NCBI GenBank assembly: GCA_016124335.1
Contig: WGNX01000009.1
Coordinates: 101,658-165,657, forward strand
DNA length: 64,000 bases
From: Alphaproteobacteria bacterium
Lineage (GTDB): Bacteria > Pseudomonadota > Alphaproteobacteria > CACIAM-22H2
Direction of reading: 5' to 3'
This document shows positions 47,043-56,707 of this stretch, in pieces. The translations under genes were made by a program, and so were the position numbers. The notes beneath the pieces were generated by a model. It was not told where the DNA came from and did no database searches. It was given only the letters and a program-made list of their open reading frames with translations. Position 1 is the stretch's first letter. Every line of letters starts with the position of its first letter.

Positions 47043-47093
47043 CCGGAAGTGCCGGTGCGCCAACCGCCAGAGCGGCCGCGCACCGGCTTCCGG
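47043..47093 (-). other. Long GC stem-loop in the livK-livH intergenic region (CCGGAAGTGCCGGTGCGC ... GCGCACCGGCTTCCGG)
   Basis: Read directly from the sequence; this is the usual place for a partial terminator that lets the binding-protein message accumulate above the permease message. Confidence 0.45.
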
Positions 47094-47102
47094 GATACCG
47101 GC

Positions 47103-48278
47103 TTACAGCTTGCAGAGACCCGAGTACGCGTCGCCGTGCGCGGTGAGGACCTTGCGCTGCGTCTTGATCTCGGGTTGGCCGGCCGCGCTCTTGACGACCT
47201 TCAGGGCGTACCAGTCCTGGATCGGGTGCTGGTTCGGCCCGAACTTGAAGGCACCGCGCACCGAGGCGAAGTCCGCCTTCAGCATCGCCGGCCGGAACGC
47301 CGCCTGGCCGACGTCGCCCTTCGTCTGGCGAAGGGCAGCCGCGATGGCGAGCGCGGTATCGTAGCCTTGCGAGGCATAGTAGGTCGGCGTGCGGTTGAAC
47401 TTCGCCATGAACGCCGGCACGAACTTCTTGTTCGCCGCGTTGTCGAAATCGACGTTCCAGTGCGAGGAAACCCACAGACCCAGCGCCACGTCGCCGACAG
47501 CCTTCAGCGTCGTGTGGTCGAGCGAGGGCGAGGCAACCGCCATCGGAACCTTGTCGATGAGGCCGGCCTGCGCGTACTGGCGCAGGAACGCGATGCCGAG
47601 CCCGCCCGGATGGAACTGGAAGACGACTTCCGGGTTCGCCGCGCGGATCGCCGCCATCTCGGCGGAATAGTCGGTTTGGTCAAGGCGCGTGTACTGCTCG
47701 CCGATGATCTTGCCGCCGAACATGCGCTTGAAGCCGGCGAGCGCGTCCTGCCCGGCCTGATAGTTCGGCGCGAGGATGAAGGCGGTCTTGTAGCCGAGTT
47801 CCTTCGCCATCTGGCCGGCGGATTCGTGCAGGCTGTCGTTCTGCCACGACACGACATAGTAGTTCTTGTGGCATTCCTTGCCGGCGAAATTCGACGGCGC
47901 GGCGTTGGGCGAAACGTAGGTCGCATCGGCGTCGAGGATGTCGGGCAGCGTGGCACCCAGGATGTTCGAGAACACGATGCCCGTGAGCAGCTTGATCTTG
48001 TCGTTCTTGATCATGCGCTCGGCGATCGACTTGCCCTGACCGGGCTTGAAACCGTCGTCGTCGACGACGACTTCGACCGGGACGCCGCCCAGCTTTCCGC
48101 CTTCCATTTCGACGGCGAGATTGAACGCATCACGGATGTCCGCACCCAGATAGCCGCCAGGGCCCGAGAGCGTCGTGATCAGGCCGATGCGCAGCGGGGT
48201 CTGCGCGTGCAGGATCGACGGGGCGGCGAGCGTGGCGACACCGGCACCGGCGACGGTCAGAAAAGTCCTTCTCTTCAT
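47103..48278 (-). CDS. livK: Branched-chain amino acid ABC transporter substrate-binding protein
   Basis: Leader MKRRTFLTVAGAGVATLAAPSILHA; 391 aa, Peripla_BP_6 type. Confidence 0.85.
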   Translation of the reverse strand: MKRRTFLTVAGAGVATLAAPSILHAQTPLRIGLITTLSGPGGYLGADIRDAFNLAVEMEGGKLGGVPVEVVVDDDGFKPGQGKSIAERMIKNDKIKLLTGIVFSNILGATLPDILDADATYVSPNAAPSNFAGKECHKNYYVVSWQNDSLHESAGQMAKELGYKTAFILAPNYQAGQDALAGFKRMFGGKIIGEQYTRLDQTDYSAEMAAIRAANPEVVFQFHPGGLGIAFLRQYAQAGLIDKVPMAVASPSLDHTTLKAVGDVALGLWVSSHWNVDFDNAANKKFVPAFMAKFNRTPTYYASQGYDTALAIAAALRQTKGDVGQAAFRPAMLKADFASVRGAFKFGPNQHPIQDWYALKVVKSAAGQPEIKTQRKVLTAHGDAYSGLCKL

Positions 48279-48367
48279 TGTCGAGCCTCCTTGTTCTCAC
48301 CGTGGCGTTGCACGGATATTTTAGACTTAAAGAATTATTAGCCCAAACGGCCGGGATTGCCCAGCCG

Positions 48368-48925
48368 TCAGATTTTGACCCACCCCGGCGGCGGTTCCTT
48401 TCCAGGGTGGACCGTTCCGCAATGCGGGCAGGTGCGCGCCTTCGCATCGGCGTAGAAGGCGTCGTAAAGCGGCGGCAGGTCCGTCACGATATTCTTCACC
48501 TCGACCTCGACGCGATGGACCAAGGTCGAGCAGGAAAAACAATACCATTCGAACCCGTCGCGGTCGCCCGGCCGCCGGGCGCCCTCGACGACAAGACCGA
48601 CCGATCCGGGGACCGGGCGCTGCGGCGAGTGGCGCGTGTGCGGCGGCAGCATGAAGACGTCGCCCTCGCGGATCGGCAGGTCGTAGATCTTCCCGCGGTC
48701 GGCGATCTTCAGGATCATGTCGCCCTTGATCTGAAAGAAGAATTCCTCGGCCGGATCGTCGTGGAAATCGACACGCGAATTGGGCCCGCCCACGACCATC
48801 GCGATCAGGCCGGTATCGGTGAACAGCATCTTGTTCCCGACCGGCGGCTTCAGCAGCGCGCGGTTTTCCTCGACCCATTTCTGGAAATTGAACGGCTTGG
48901 CGAACGGCAGTTCGGTGGGCGACAT
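48368..48925 (-). CDS. nbaC: 3-hydroxyanthranilate 3,4-dioxygenase
   Basis: 185-aa cupin with HDDPAEEFFFQIKGDM...PPHTRHSPQR and the C-terminal rubredoxin-like CFSC...CPHCG pair. The track ORF 48368..49627 is mostly out-of-gene extension. Confidence 0.8.
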   Translation of the reverse strand: MSPTELPFAKPFNFQKWVEENRALLKPPVGNKMLFTDTGLIAMVVGGPNSRVDFHDDPAEEFFFQIKGDMILKIADRGKIYDLPIREGDVFMLPPHTRHSPQRPVPGSVGLVVEGARRPGDRDGFEWYCFSCSTLVHRVEVEVKNIVTDLPPLYDAFYADAKARTCPHCGTVHPGKEPPPGWVKI

Positions 48926-48942
48926 GGTGCTTCCCCTTCCCT

Positions 48943-49902
48943 TCAGCGCAGCTTGAGACCGGAACCGGCGATCGCATCCTCGATCGCCTTTTTCTCGGGC
49001 CCCGTCAGGCCGAGCATCGGCGGGCGGACCGCGCCACCAGTCTGCCCCAGACAGTCCTGCCAGAATTTCGCGTGCGCGTGCGGCTTCTCGGCCGGCCTCG
49101 TCCGCTTGAAGGCCTCGCGGACAGGCTCGAGGCTGTCGCGCACGCGCCGTGCGTCGTCGATGCGGCCCGCGAAGGCAAGATCGGTATATTCGCGCATGCG
49201 CCGGTCGGCCGCGGTCTGGAAAAGGAACGGCGGGTTCGAGCACAGATAGACCTGCCACTTCAACTCGACGATGTTGTCGAACCACTCCTCCTCCGATGCC
49301 GTCGAAACGATGAGCCGGTCGCCGGCAAGCCGCGTCAGTTCGGCGTACATCGCGCGCGGCACGGAATACTTGATCGCGACGACATTGGGGATTTCCGCAA
49401 GGCGCGCGCAGAGCTGCGGGCTCATCAGGTAGCCGGAGTCCGGATGGCTCCACAGCGCGATGCCGACATCGACCTGCCGGGCGATGTGACTGTAGTAGGC
49501 CAGCAGCGTTTCGTCCTGCGCCTTCAGGAAATGCAGCACGGGCGCATGGACGACGATGTAGTCCGCCCCGACCTTCTGCGCGTGGCGCGCAAGCTCGATC
49601 ACCGTGTCCATGTTCTGGTCCGAGCACGACATGATTGTCGCGGCACGCCCGCCGACCGCTTCGACCGCAATCTCGAAGCTGCGCTTGCGCTCGGCGATGC
49701 TCATCGCGAAAAACTCGCCTTGCTTGCCGGCGATGAACAGGCCGTCAATGCCGAGCTTGCCGACCCAATGGTCGATATTGCGCGCAAGGCCCGTTTCGTC
49801 CATCGCAAGGTCACCTGCGCGGAAGGGGGTAAGCGCGGCCGCCCAGATACCCTTCATGTTCGTGCGGGCATAGGTCTTTGCCTCGGTTCGGCTGTATTTC
49901 AT
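48943..49902 (-). CDS. Dihydrodipicolinate synthase (DapA/NAL) family pyruvate-dependent lyase-type enzyme
   Basis: 319 aa; GIDGLFIAGKQGEF..., with the Schiff-base lysine region IKYS. Family recognition only. Confidence 0.7.
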   Translation of the reverse strand: MKYSRTEAKTYARTNMKGIWAAALTPFRAGDLAMDETGLARNIDHWVGKLGIDGLFIAGKQGEFFAMSIAERKRSFEIAVEAVGGRAATIMSCSDQNMDTVIELARHAQKVGADYIVVHAPVLHFLKAQDETLLAYYSHIARQVDVGIALWSHPDSGYLMSPQLCARLAEIPNVVAIKYSVPRAMYAELTRLAGDRLIVSTASEEEWFDNIVELKWQVYLCSNPPFLFQTAADRRMREYTDLAFAGRIDDARRVRDSLEPVREAFKRTRPAEKPHAHAKFWQDCLGQTGGAVRPPMLGLTGPEKKAIEDAIAGSGLKLR

Positions 49903-52052
49903 CGGTCATCTCCCCGGTCTTGCATCGCGCGCCAGATCGTCTCGGCGCGAAGCGGAAAATCCAGACACTCGACGCCAAACGGCACCAGCGCATCGAGCAC
50001 GGCATTTGCGATCGCAGCCGGCACGCCGATCGTACCTGCTTCGCCCACGCCCTTTGCGCCAAGGCTGTTCGCGGCGGACGGCGTCGGACACGAGAGGAGC
50101 GTGACCGGCGGAATGTCGCTCGCGCGCGGCACGGCATAGTCCATCAGCGAGCCGGTCAGAAGCTGGCCTTGCGCATCGTAGACGATGCGCTCCATCAGCG
50201 CCTCGCCCAATCCCTGTGCAAGCCCGCCGCGCAGCTGGCCGTCAACGAGCATGGGATTGACGACGACGCCCGCATCGTCAACCCACACGATACGCTCGAT
50301 CGCCGGCACGCCGGTGTCGCGATCGATTTCGACGCTGGCGATGCAGGCCCCGCTCGCCCAGGCTTCTTCGGGGGCCATATAGCGGACCGCGGTCTTGCAA
50401 GCAGGTGCCGCAGCCCAACCGCGGGCCAACGTGCTGCCGGCGATCTCGACAAGGCGCCGGGCCGCTTCGTAGACCGCGCTGCCGCCGATCGCCGTCGAAC
50501 GGCTCGCAAGCGCACCGATGCCGGCAGGTGTGGCGGCCGTATCGCCGTGCACGACGGTCACTGCTTCGGGCGCAACGCCAAGTACGTCGGCTGCAATCTG
50601 CGCGAAGGCGGTCTCGCGACCCTGCCCTTGCGCAGTCGCGCCGGTTGCAAGCGTGAATCGCCCCGCACCGTCATGTGCAAGCGTGGCGCTTTCCGAACCT
50701 TGTCCGCACGGCTCGACATAGAGCGCAATGCCAATGCCGCACACGGCCCCTTCGGCGCGCCGCCGAAGGGCGTGCGCGCGCAGGCGCGGATAGTCGGCCG
50801 TGCGCTGCACCATTTCGAGCAGTTCGGCGAAATCCGAGCGATCGAGGCGGCCGCCCGCGGGAAGATGCTGCGGCAGGTCTGCGGGCGCGTGGGTGTTGGC
50901 GCGGCGAAGCACGATGGGATCGGTGCCAAGCGTGCGTGCGGCCCGTTCGACGAGCCGTTCCATCAGCATCGCCGCTTCCGGCCGTCCGGCGCCGCGATAG
51001 ATGCCCAAGGGTGCACGCATCGACCGGTGGCCGCGCGCACGAAGATGCACGGCATCGATCTTGTAGGGGCCCGGAAGGATGCGCATGGCATTGCGCGCCG
51101 GCACGACCGCCGAATAGGTCAGCCAGTGGCCAAGCTCGGCATCCACTTCGGCGCGAAGAGCGAGAAACCGCCCGTCGGCGGCAAGCGCAAGTTCGCCCGA
51201 CAGTTTTTGCGCGCGCCCGTGCGCGGCAGCCAGAAACTCCTCCGAACGCGTCGCGGTCCATCCGACCGGCCTGTCCAGCCGCATCGCCGCAAGCGCCACG
51301 CCCGCTTCTTCAGGATAGAGCGAAGCCTTGCCGCCGAAAGCACCACCCACATCCGGTGCGACGACGCGGATCGCGGCCTCGTCGAGCCCCAGGATCGCGG
51401 CAATGTCGCTGCGCGCGCGATGCGGCGTCTGGGTCGAAAGCCAGAGCGACAGCGCGCTTTCCCCGGCATGCCAATGTGCGATCGCCGCGCGCGGCTCCAG
51501 CGCCATCGGTGCCACACGCGGATATTCGAGTTCGACCCGCACGACATGCGCGGCCTGCGCGAAAGCGGCATCGACATCGCCGTGCTGCCATTCCTGCGCA
51601 AACGACGGTACGGGCGCGCTTTCCTGAAACGGCTCGCAGTCGACGATGACCGCTTCGGCGGCATCCTGCGCCTGCGCGAGCGTATCGGCGACGACGAGCG
51701 CGATCGGCTGGCCGACCGCCTCGACCCGGTCGCGCGCAAGAATGGGCCAATTCGCGTCAGCGAGCCCGTCAACCAGCGCATTGACGGCAGCCTTGCCGAG
51801 ACCGGCTGTGTCCGCACCCGTCAGGACGAGGCGTACGCCCGGCAGCGAACCTCCCGCGCGCGCATCGACCCGGACGAGCCGCGCCGGCGCCATCACGGCG
51901 CGCACGAAGACCAGATGCAGGCAATCGCGCGGACGGAGATCGGAAACGAAGCGGCCTTTCCCGCGCAACAGCCGGTCGTCCTCGACGCGCGGCAGGCTGG
52001 CGCCCAGCGGCCCCGGCGGCACGTCTTCTTCGCGCGGCGGGCGAAACAGCAT
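49899..52052 (-). CDS. Xanthine dehydrogenase/CoxL-family molybdopterin-binding large subunit (second copy), again without FeS or FAD subunit genes
   Basis: 717 aa; N-terminal LPRVEDDRLLRGKGRFVSDL; 4-nt overlap with the DapA-like gene. Confidence 0.85.
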   Translation of the reverse strand: MLFRPPREEDVPPGPLGASLPRVEDDRLLRGKGRFVSDLRPRDCLHLVFVRAVMAPARLVRVDARAGGSLPGVRLVLTGADTAGLGKAAVNALVDGLADANWPILARDRVEAVGQPIALVVADTLAQAQDAAEAVIVDCEPFQESAPVPSFAQEWQHGDVDAAFAQAAHVVRVELEYPRVAPMALEPRAAIAHWHAGESALSLWLSTQTPHRARSDIAAILGLDEAAIRVVAPDVGGAFGGKASLYPEEAGVALAAMRLDRPVGWTATRSEEFLAAAHGRAQKLSGELALAADGRFLALRAEVDAELGHWLTYSAVVPARNAMRILPGPYKIDAVHLRARGHRSMRAPLGIYRGAGRPEAAMLMERLVERAARTLGTDPIVLRRANTHAPADLPQHLPAGGRLDRSDFAELLEMVQRTADYPRLRAHALRRRAEGAVCGIGIALYVEPCGQGSESATLAHDGAGRFTLATGATAQGQGRETAFAQIAADVLGVAPEAVTVVHGDTAATPAGIGALASRSTAIGGSAVYEAARRLVEIAGSTLARGWAAAPACKTAVRYMAPEEAWASGACIASVEIDRDTGVPAIERIVWVDDAGVVVNPMLVDGQLRGGLAQGLGEALMERIVYDAQGQLLTGSLMDYAVPRASDIPPVTLLSCPTPSAANSLGAKGVGEAGTIGVPAAIANAVLDALVPFGVECLDFPLRAETIWRAMQDRGDDR

Positions 52053-52152
52053 CGGCGGGACGCGCTCCTGTCGCAGGTGACCGGCAGAAGTTTCGGGCCG
52101 TCGCGTTTGAGAAACTAGACGGAATTTTCAAATTGATTGATAGTTTCCAGTT

Positions 52153-53055
52153 ATGAATGTCGACATCCGCCACCTGCGCGCCTTCCTTGCCGTCGCCGAA
52201 ACGGGCGCGTTCCGGCGCGCGGCCGAGCGCCTGCGGATGAGCCAACCCGCACTCTCCGCACAGATCCGCGATCTCGAACGCGCGGTCGGCGTCGTGCTGT
52301 TCGACCGGACGACCCGCCGCGTCGAAATGACCGCCGCAGGCCGCGAGTTCCTGCCGCAGGCGGCCAAGCTGCTCGGCGATCTTGAATCGGCGCTGCGCGG
52401 GCTCACCGATCTTGCCCAGCACCGGCGCGGCCATGTCGCGGTCGCCTGCGCCCCGCTGCTGGCAAGCGTCATGCTACCCCGGCTGATGGCAATGTTCATC
52501 GCCGCACATCCGGGCATCCGCATATCGCTCATCGATGCGCGCACCGACCAGATCGTCGACAAGGTGCGCTCGGGCGAGGCCGATCTGGGCATCGGCACGT
52601 TCGCGGATGCCGAGCCAGATATCGCACGCACGCGGCTCTTCCGCGATTCGCTCTTCGTGTTCGCGCCCATCCGGCCGAATGCACCGCGCCGTCCGGCGAC
52701 GTGGGCCGAGATCGCCGACGAACCGCTGATCGCGCTCACGCGCGAAAGCGGGCTTCGGGCACTCGTCGAAATGGGGTTCGGAACGCTCGGCCGGCCGGCG
52801 CGCCCGGCCTACGAGGTCGCACAGGTGACGACGGCCGTTTCGCTCGTCGAGGCGGGCCTTGGCATCGCCGTGCTGCCTGCCGTTGCCAAGGCGATCGCGC
52901 GCGACCGGCGCGTGACGTTGCGCGCGCTCGCCCAGCCGCGCGTCACGCGCGAGGTCAGCCTCATCGTGGCGAGCGCGCGCACGCCGACGCCGGCCGCACA
53001 GGCCTTTGCGGCGCTCGCGCGCGAAACGGCGGCCGCCTTCGGCGAGCGGGCCTGA
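52153..53055 (+). CDS. LysR-family transcriptional regulator
   Basis: HTH IRHLRAFLAVAETGAFRRAAERLRMSQPALSAQIRDLE; divergent from the Mo-subunit operon. Confidence 0.9.
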   Translation: MNVDIRHLRAFLAVAETGAFRRAAERLRMSQPALSAQIRDLERAVGVVLFDRTTRRVEMTAAGREFLPQAAKLLGDLESALRGLTDLAQHRRGHVAVACAPLLASVMLPRLMAMFIAAHPGIRISLIDARTDQIVDKVRSGEADLGIGTFADAEPDIARTRLFRDSLFVFAPIRPNAPRRPATWAEIADEPLIALTRESGLRALVEMGFGTLGRPARPAYEVAQVTTAVSLVEAGLGIAVLPAVAKAIARDRRVTLRALAQPRVTREVSLIVASARTPTPAAQAFAALARETAAAFGERA

Positions 53056-53058
53056 CGT

Positions 53059-53799
53059 TCAGTAGGTCGCGCGCCCGCCGGTAAGGTCGAACGCGAAGCC
53101 GGTGGTGAAACTGCATTCCGGCCCGGCGATCCACGCGACCATCGAGGCGATCTCGTCGGCAAGAAGGAATCTGCCCATCGGGATCTTCGCCTTCATGTTC
53201 GCGATGTGCGTATCGGTCATCTGTTTGAGGAGGTCCGTTTCGACCATCGAGGGCGCCACGCAGTTTACCGTGATGCCGTCCAATGCCAGTTCCTTGGCGA
53301 CCGATTTCGTGAAGGCGATGACGCCACCCTTCGCCGCCGAGTAGGCCGCGATGTTCGGCACGCCTTCCTTGCCGGCGATCGAGGCGACATTGACGATACG
53401 GCCGGCCTTGCGCGCGCGCATGTGCGCGATCGCCGCGCGCGTGCAGTAGAAAACGCCGTCGAGATCGATGGCCATCACGCGCCGCCACATGTCGACCGGA
53501 TAGTCCCAGACCGGCATCACGGGTCCGTTGATGCCGGCATTGTTCACGAGAATGTCCACCCGGCCGAAACGCTCGAGCGTCTGCGTGAACGCGGCATCGA
53601 CATCGGCAACGGAAGAGACGTCGACCTTCCGCACCAGTTCGGGCGAGAAGCCGTCACGTGCGGCACCGGCGCCGTCGATGTCGTAGTCCCAGACCGCGAC
53701 GGCGGCCCCGCGCGCCTGGAGCTTCAGCGCGATCGACTTGCCGATGCCGCGGATGCCGCCGGTCACGATCGCGACCTTGCCTTCAAGATAGCGTTCCAT
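53059..53799 (-). CDS. SDR-family oxidoreductase (FabG-like)
   Basis: TGGIRGIGKSIA, NNAG, YSAAKGG (YxxxK). Confidence 0.85.
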   Translation of the reverse strand: MERYLEGKVAIVTGGIRGIGKSIALKLQARGAAVAVWDYDIDGAGAARDGFSPELVRKVDVSSVADVDAAFTQTLERFGRVDILVNNAGINGPVMPVWDYPVDMWRRVMAIDLDGVFYCTRAAIAHMRARKAGRIVNVASIAGKEGVPNIAAYSAAKGGVIAFTKSVAKELALDGITVNCVAPSMVETDLLKQMTDTHIANMKAKIPMGRFLLADEIASMVAWIAGPECSFTTGFAFDLTGGRATY

Positions 53800-53904
53800 T
53801 GCGATTTCCCCCGTGGCTCTGGCGTCGACGCACGCGCGCGCCGACACGAGCCCATCACGCGCCCGCCGCCATTCCGAGATGTCGAATGATTCCAGAGGAC
53901 CGGA

Positions 53905-53979
53905 TGGTGGGCGCTGCAGGGATTGAACCTGCGACCCCTACCATGTCAAGGTAGTGCTCTCCCGCTGAGCTAAGCGCCC
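53905..53979 (-). tRNA. tRNA-Val (anticodon GAC), with encoded CCA
   Basis: The reverse complement reads GGGCGCTTAGCTCAGCGGGAGAGCACTACCTTGACATGGTAGGGGTCGCAGGTTCAATCCCTGCAGCGCCCACCA, which folds as a cloverleaf with anticodon loop TTGACAT. Confidence 0.85.
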
Positions 53980-54064
53980 ATCCGGTCCGGGAAGGCGCGG
54001 AATATACCGATCCATCCCCGTTTGGCAAGCCCGCCTCGCAGAAATTTTCCCCTATGATTTCAAT

Positions 54065-54958
54065 ATGACCGCCTCGCTTGCCGTTCGCCCCGATCCAACG
54101 CCGCCCTACCGTATCCTCGAGCCCAGCGCCCGGCGCGTGCCGCTGATCTTTTCCTCGCCCCACTCGGGCAGCGACTACCCGGCTGCATTCGTTGCCGGCG
54201 CCCGCCTCGACCCGGTTACGCTGCGCCGCTCCGAGGACGCGTTCGTCGACGAATTGTTCGATTGCGCCCCCGAACATGGGGCTCCGCTCCTGAAGGCGCT
54301 GTTCCCGCGCGCCTATGTCGACGTCAACCGCGAGGCATGGGAACTCGACCCAGCGATGTTCGACGGGCCGCTGCCGGCCTTCGTGAACGCCGCTTCGCCG
54401 CGCGTCGGCGCCGGCCTTGGCACGGTTGCCCGCATCGTCGCGAACGGGGCCGAGATCTACCGCGGGAAGCTTTCTTTCGACGATGCGCGCACGCGCATCG
54501 AGGCGCTTTACATGCCCTATCATGCCGCGCTCGAACGGCTCGTCGCCGACGAGGTCGCGCGCCATGGCCGCTGCCTGCTGGTCGATTGTCATTCGATGCC
54601 GTCCGTCGGAGGCCCGGCCGACCGCGATCCGGGCCGCGCCCGGCTCGACTTCGTGCTCGGCGACTGCTTTGGCGCCGCCTGCGCGCCGATCGTGGCGGAG
54701 ACCGCCGAGGCAAGCCTCAAGCGCATGGGCTATGCGGTGGGCCGCAACGACCCGTACGCCGGCGGCTACATCACCCGCCATTACGGCCAGCCCGCGCGCG
54801 GCCGCCATGCCCTCCAGATCGAGATCAACCGGCAGCTCTACATGGACGAACTCGCCATTTCCCGCAGCGCCGGCTTCCAGCCGCTGCGCACCGCCATCGC
54901 ACGCCTTGTCGCCGACCTCGCGCGCCTCGCGCCCTCGCTGCCGGAAGGCAAGCCATGA
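54065..54958 (+). CDS. hutG: N-formylglutamate amidohydrolase family protein
   Basis: 297 aa; ...IFSSPHSGSDYP... and ...VDCHSMP... conserved blocks. Assigned to the family, not to a demonstrated hut function. Confidence 0.7.
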   Translation: MTASLAVRPDPTPPYRILEPSARRVPLIFSSPHSGSDYPAAFVAGARLDPVTLRRSEDAFVDELFDCAPEHGAPLLKALFPRAYVDVNREAWELDPAMFDGPLPAFVNAASPRVGAGLGTVARIVANGAEIYRGKLSFDDARTRIEALYMPYHAALERLVADEVARHGRCLLVDCHSMPSVGGPADRDPGRARLDFVLGDCFGAACAPIVAETAEASLKRMGYAVGRNDPYAGGYITRHYGQPARGRHALQIEINRQLYMDELAISRSAGFQPLRTAIARLVADLARLAPSLPEGKP

Positions 54959-55509
54959 TCGCGAGCGCGGCAAGCGCGCGGCCCGTACCGCGCGACGGCA
55001 CCGAAGCCGACGTCCCGGCGATCCAGGCGATCTATGCGCACCACGTGCGCCACGGGCTGGCGAGTTTCGAGGAAATCGAACCCTCGGCGGACGAGCTTGC
55101 CCAGCGGCGGCGCGCGATCGTCGAAAAGGGCCTTCCCTATCTCGCCATCGACGTGGACGGAAAACTCGCCGGATACGCCTATGCCGGGCCGTTCCGTCCG
55201 CGTTCGGCGTATCGCTTCTCGGTCGAGGATTCGATCTATGTGGCGCCGGGGCTCGACGGCCGGGGGCTTGGCCGGCAGTTGCTTGCAAGCCTGATCGAAC
55301 GCTCGACCGCTTGGGGGGCCCGCCAGATGGTGGCCGTGATCGGCGACAGCGCCAACGCCGCATCGATCGGGTTGCATGCGCGCCTCGGCTTCCGCATGGT
55401 GGGGTCGTTCCGGTCGATCGGCTTCAAGCTCGGTCGCTGGGTCGACAGCGTGATGATGCAGCGCGAACTGGGCGATGGCGACACGAGCCGTCCGCCGGAG
55501 GGACGATGA
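54955..55509 (+). CDS. GNAT-family N-acetyltransferase (phosphinothricin-acetyltransferase-like)
   Basis: 184 aa; the in-frame ATG at 54955 overlaps the upstream stop; GNAT motif A region RGLGRQLLASLIE. Confidence 0.7.
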   Translation: MIASAASARPVPRDGTEADVPAIQAIYAHHVRHGLASFEEIEPSADELAQRRRAIVEKGLPYLAIDVDGKLAGYAYAGPFRPRSAYRFSVEDSIYVAPGLDGRGLGRQLLASLIERSTAWGARQMVAVIGDSANAASIGLHARLGFRMVGSFRSIGFKLGRWVDSVMMQRELGDGDTSRPPEGR

Positions 55510-56171
55510 GCGAAAACGAAAAGCGTCTGGTCGAGGCCCTGGAACTCCACCGGGCCGGCAAGATCGCTGCCGCCGAGACGGTCTACGCCGCGATCCTGGC
55601 CGACGACCCGGACCAGCCCGACGCGCTCAATCTCGGCGGTCTCGCGCTCCACGCGCTCGGCCGGCGGGCGGAAGCGGCCGAGCGTCTCGAACGCGCGGTG
55701 ACGCGCTATCCTGAATTCGGCGACGCGCATGCCAATCTTGGCGCCGTCCGCCGGACCGAGAACCGCCTGGAAGAGGCGGCCGCCCACTTCGAGAAGGCGA
55801 TCGCGCTCGACCCCGCGAACGGCTTTGCCGCGAACAATCTCGGGCTTGTACGGCTTGCCCAGGGTACCCCGCTTGCCGCGATCGGCCATTTCGCGCATGC
55901 GCGCGCCCTGATGCCCGCGCAGCCCGAAGTCGTCATCAACATGTCGATCGCGTACATGTCGATGGGCGATTTCGTGACGGCCCTGTCCGATCTCGAGTTG
56001 CTGGCCGAAGCCGCACCCAAGGACAAACGCGGACATTTCGGCCGCGGCGCCGCACTGCTTGGCCTTGGCCGGAAGAAGGAGGCGATCGCGGCGCTCGAAC
56101 GCGCGCTTGAACTCGATCCGGGCTACGCCGACGCACGTGCAAAGCTCGAGGAAGCCAAACAGGCCGACTAA
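55506..56171 (+). CDS. Tetratricopeptide-repeat protein
   Basis: Repeated A..A...E.A..LDP periodicity; 221 aa. Confidence 0.7.
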   Translation: MSENEKRLVEALELHRAGKIAAAETVYAAILADDPDQPDALNLGGLALHALGRRAEAAERLERAVTRYPEFGDAHANLGAVRRTENRLEEAAAHFEKAIALDPANGFAANNLGLVRLAQGTPLAAIGHFAHARALMPAQPEVVINMSIAYMSMGDFVTALSDLELLAEAAPKDKRGHFGRGAALLGLGRKKEAIAALERALELDPGYADARAKLEEAKQAD

Positions 56172-56707
56172 TCGACTTCGCTGCCGTCGATCCGGAAAAT
56201 CACCGTGTAGACCATGATGATGTCGACAGTCGTTCCGTCGGCGGCCAGTGGCAGCAGGATGTTTTCGATCGCGCGATGGTCGCGATTGCGCCACAGCAAT
56301 GCCGTCCCCTTGCGCCGGCTCGGCACGCCGGTTTTCGCCACGCGCTCATAGCGCGCGTAAAAGCCGGGCACGGACAGCGAATGGGGATGCGCCTCATCGA
56401 GCCACCGTCCGGTCGGATCGAAACCCAGCGCCTCGACGATCCGAGTGCCGACAAGTCGGTAGCGGAAGCGTAACGGATCGCGCGTGACTTCGATGAGCCA
56501 TAGCCCGCGCAGCAGGTCGGGAATGTCGACAGGGTCGATATGCTGGCGGCCGGGCAGTCGGCCCGGCGGCCGCCGACTCAACCAATATCTGTAGATCTTG
56601 CGTACGCCCGCACTCCACGGCTCGCCAGGCGCGACGTCCTCCAATTGATTGTCTGCGCTGACCTCAGGTGCGGTCTCGGGCAACTCGGCATTCCCTCCCT
56701 TATGCAC
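56168..56707 (-). CDS. Hypothetical protein, possibly PAS-like
   Basis: 179 aa; W..L.....G.P.R...DP.D...LL...L.EV......YRLVGT....LG.D.TG pattern. Confidence 0.45.
   Translation of the reverse strand: MHKGGNAELPETAPEVSADNQLEDVAPGEPWSAGVRKIYRYWLSRRPPGRLPGRQHIDPVDIPDLLRGLWLIEVTRDPLRFRYRLVGTRIVEALGFDPTGRWLDEAHPHSLSVPGFYARYERVAKTGVPSRRKGTALLWRNRDHRAIENILLPLAADGTTVDIIMVYTVIFRIDGSEVD

Noticed and set aside
53905-53979. tRNA-Val as a possible integration site for a genomic island
   Set aside because: No integrase, direct repeat of the tRNA 3' end, phage or transposon genes appear on either side; the flanking genes are ordinary metabolic genes.
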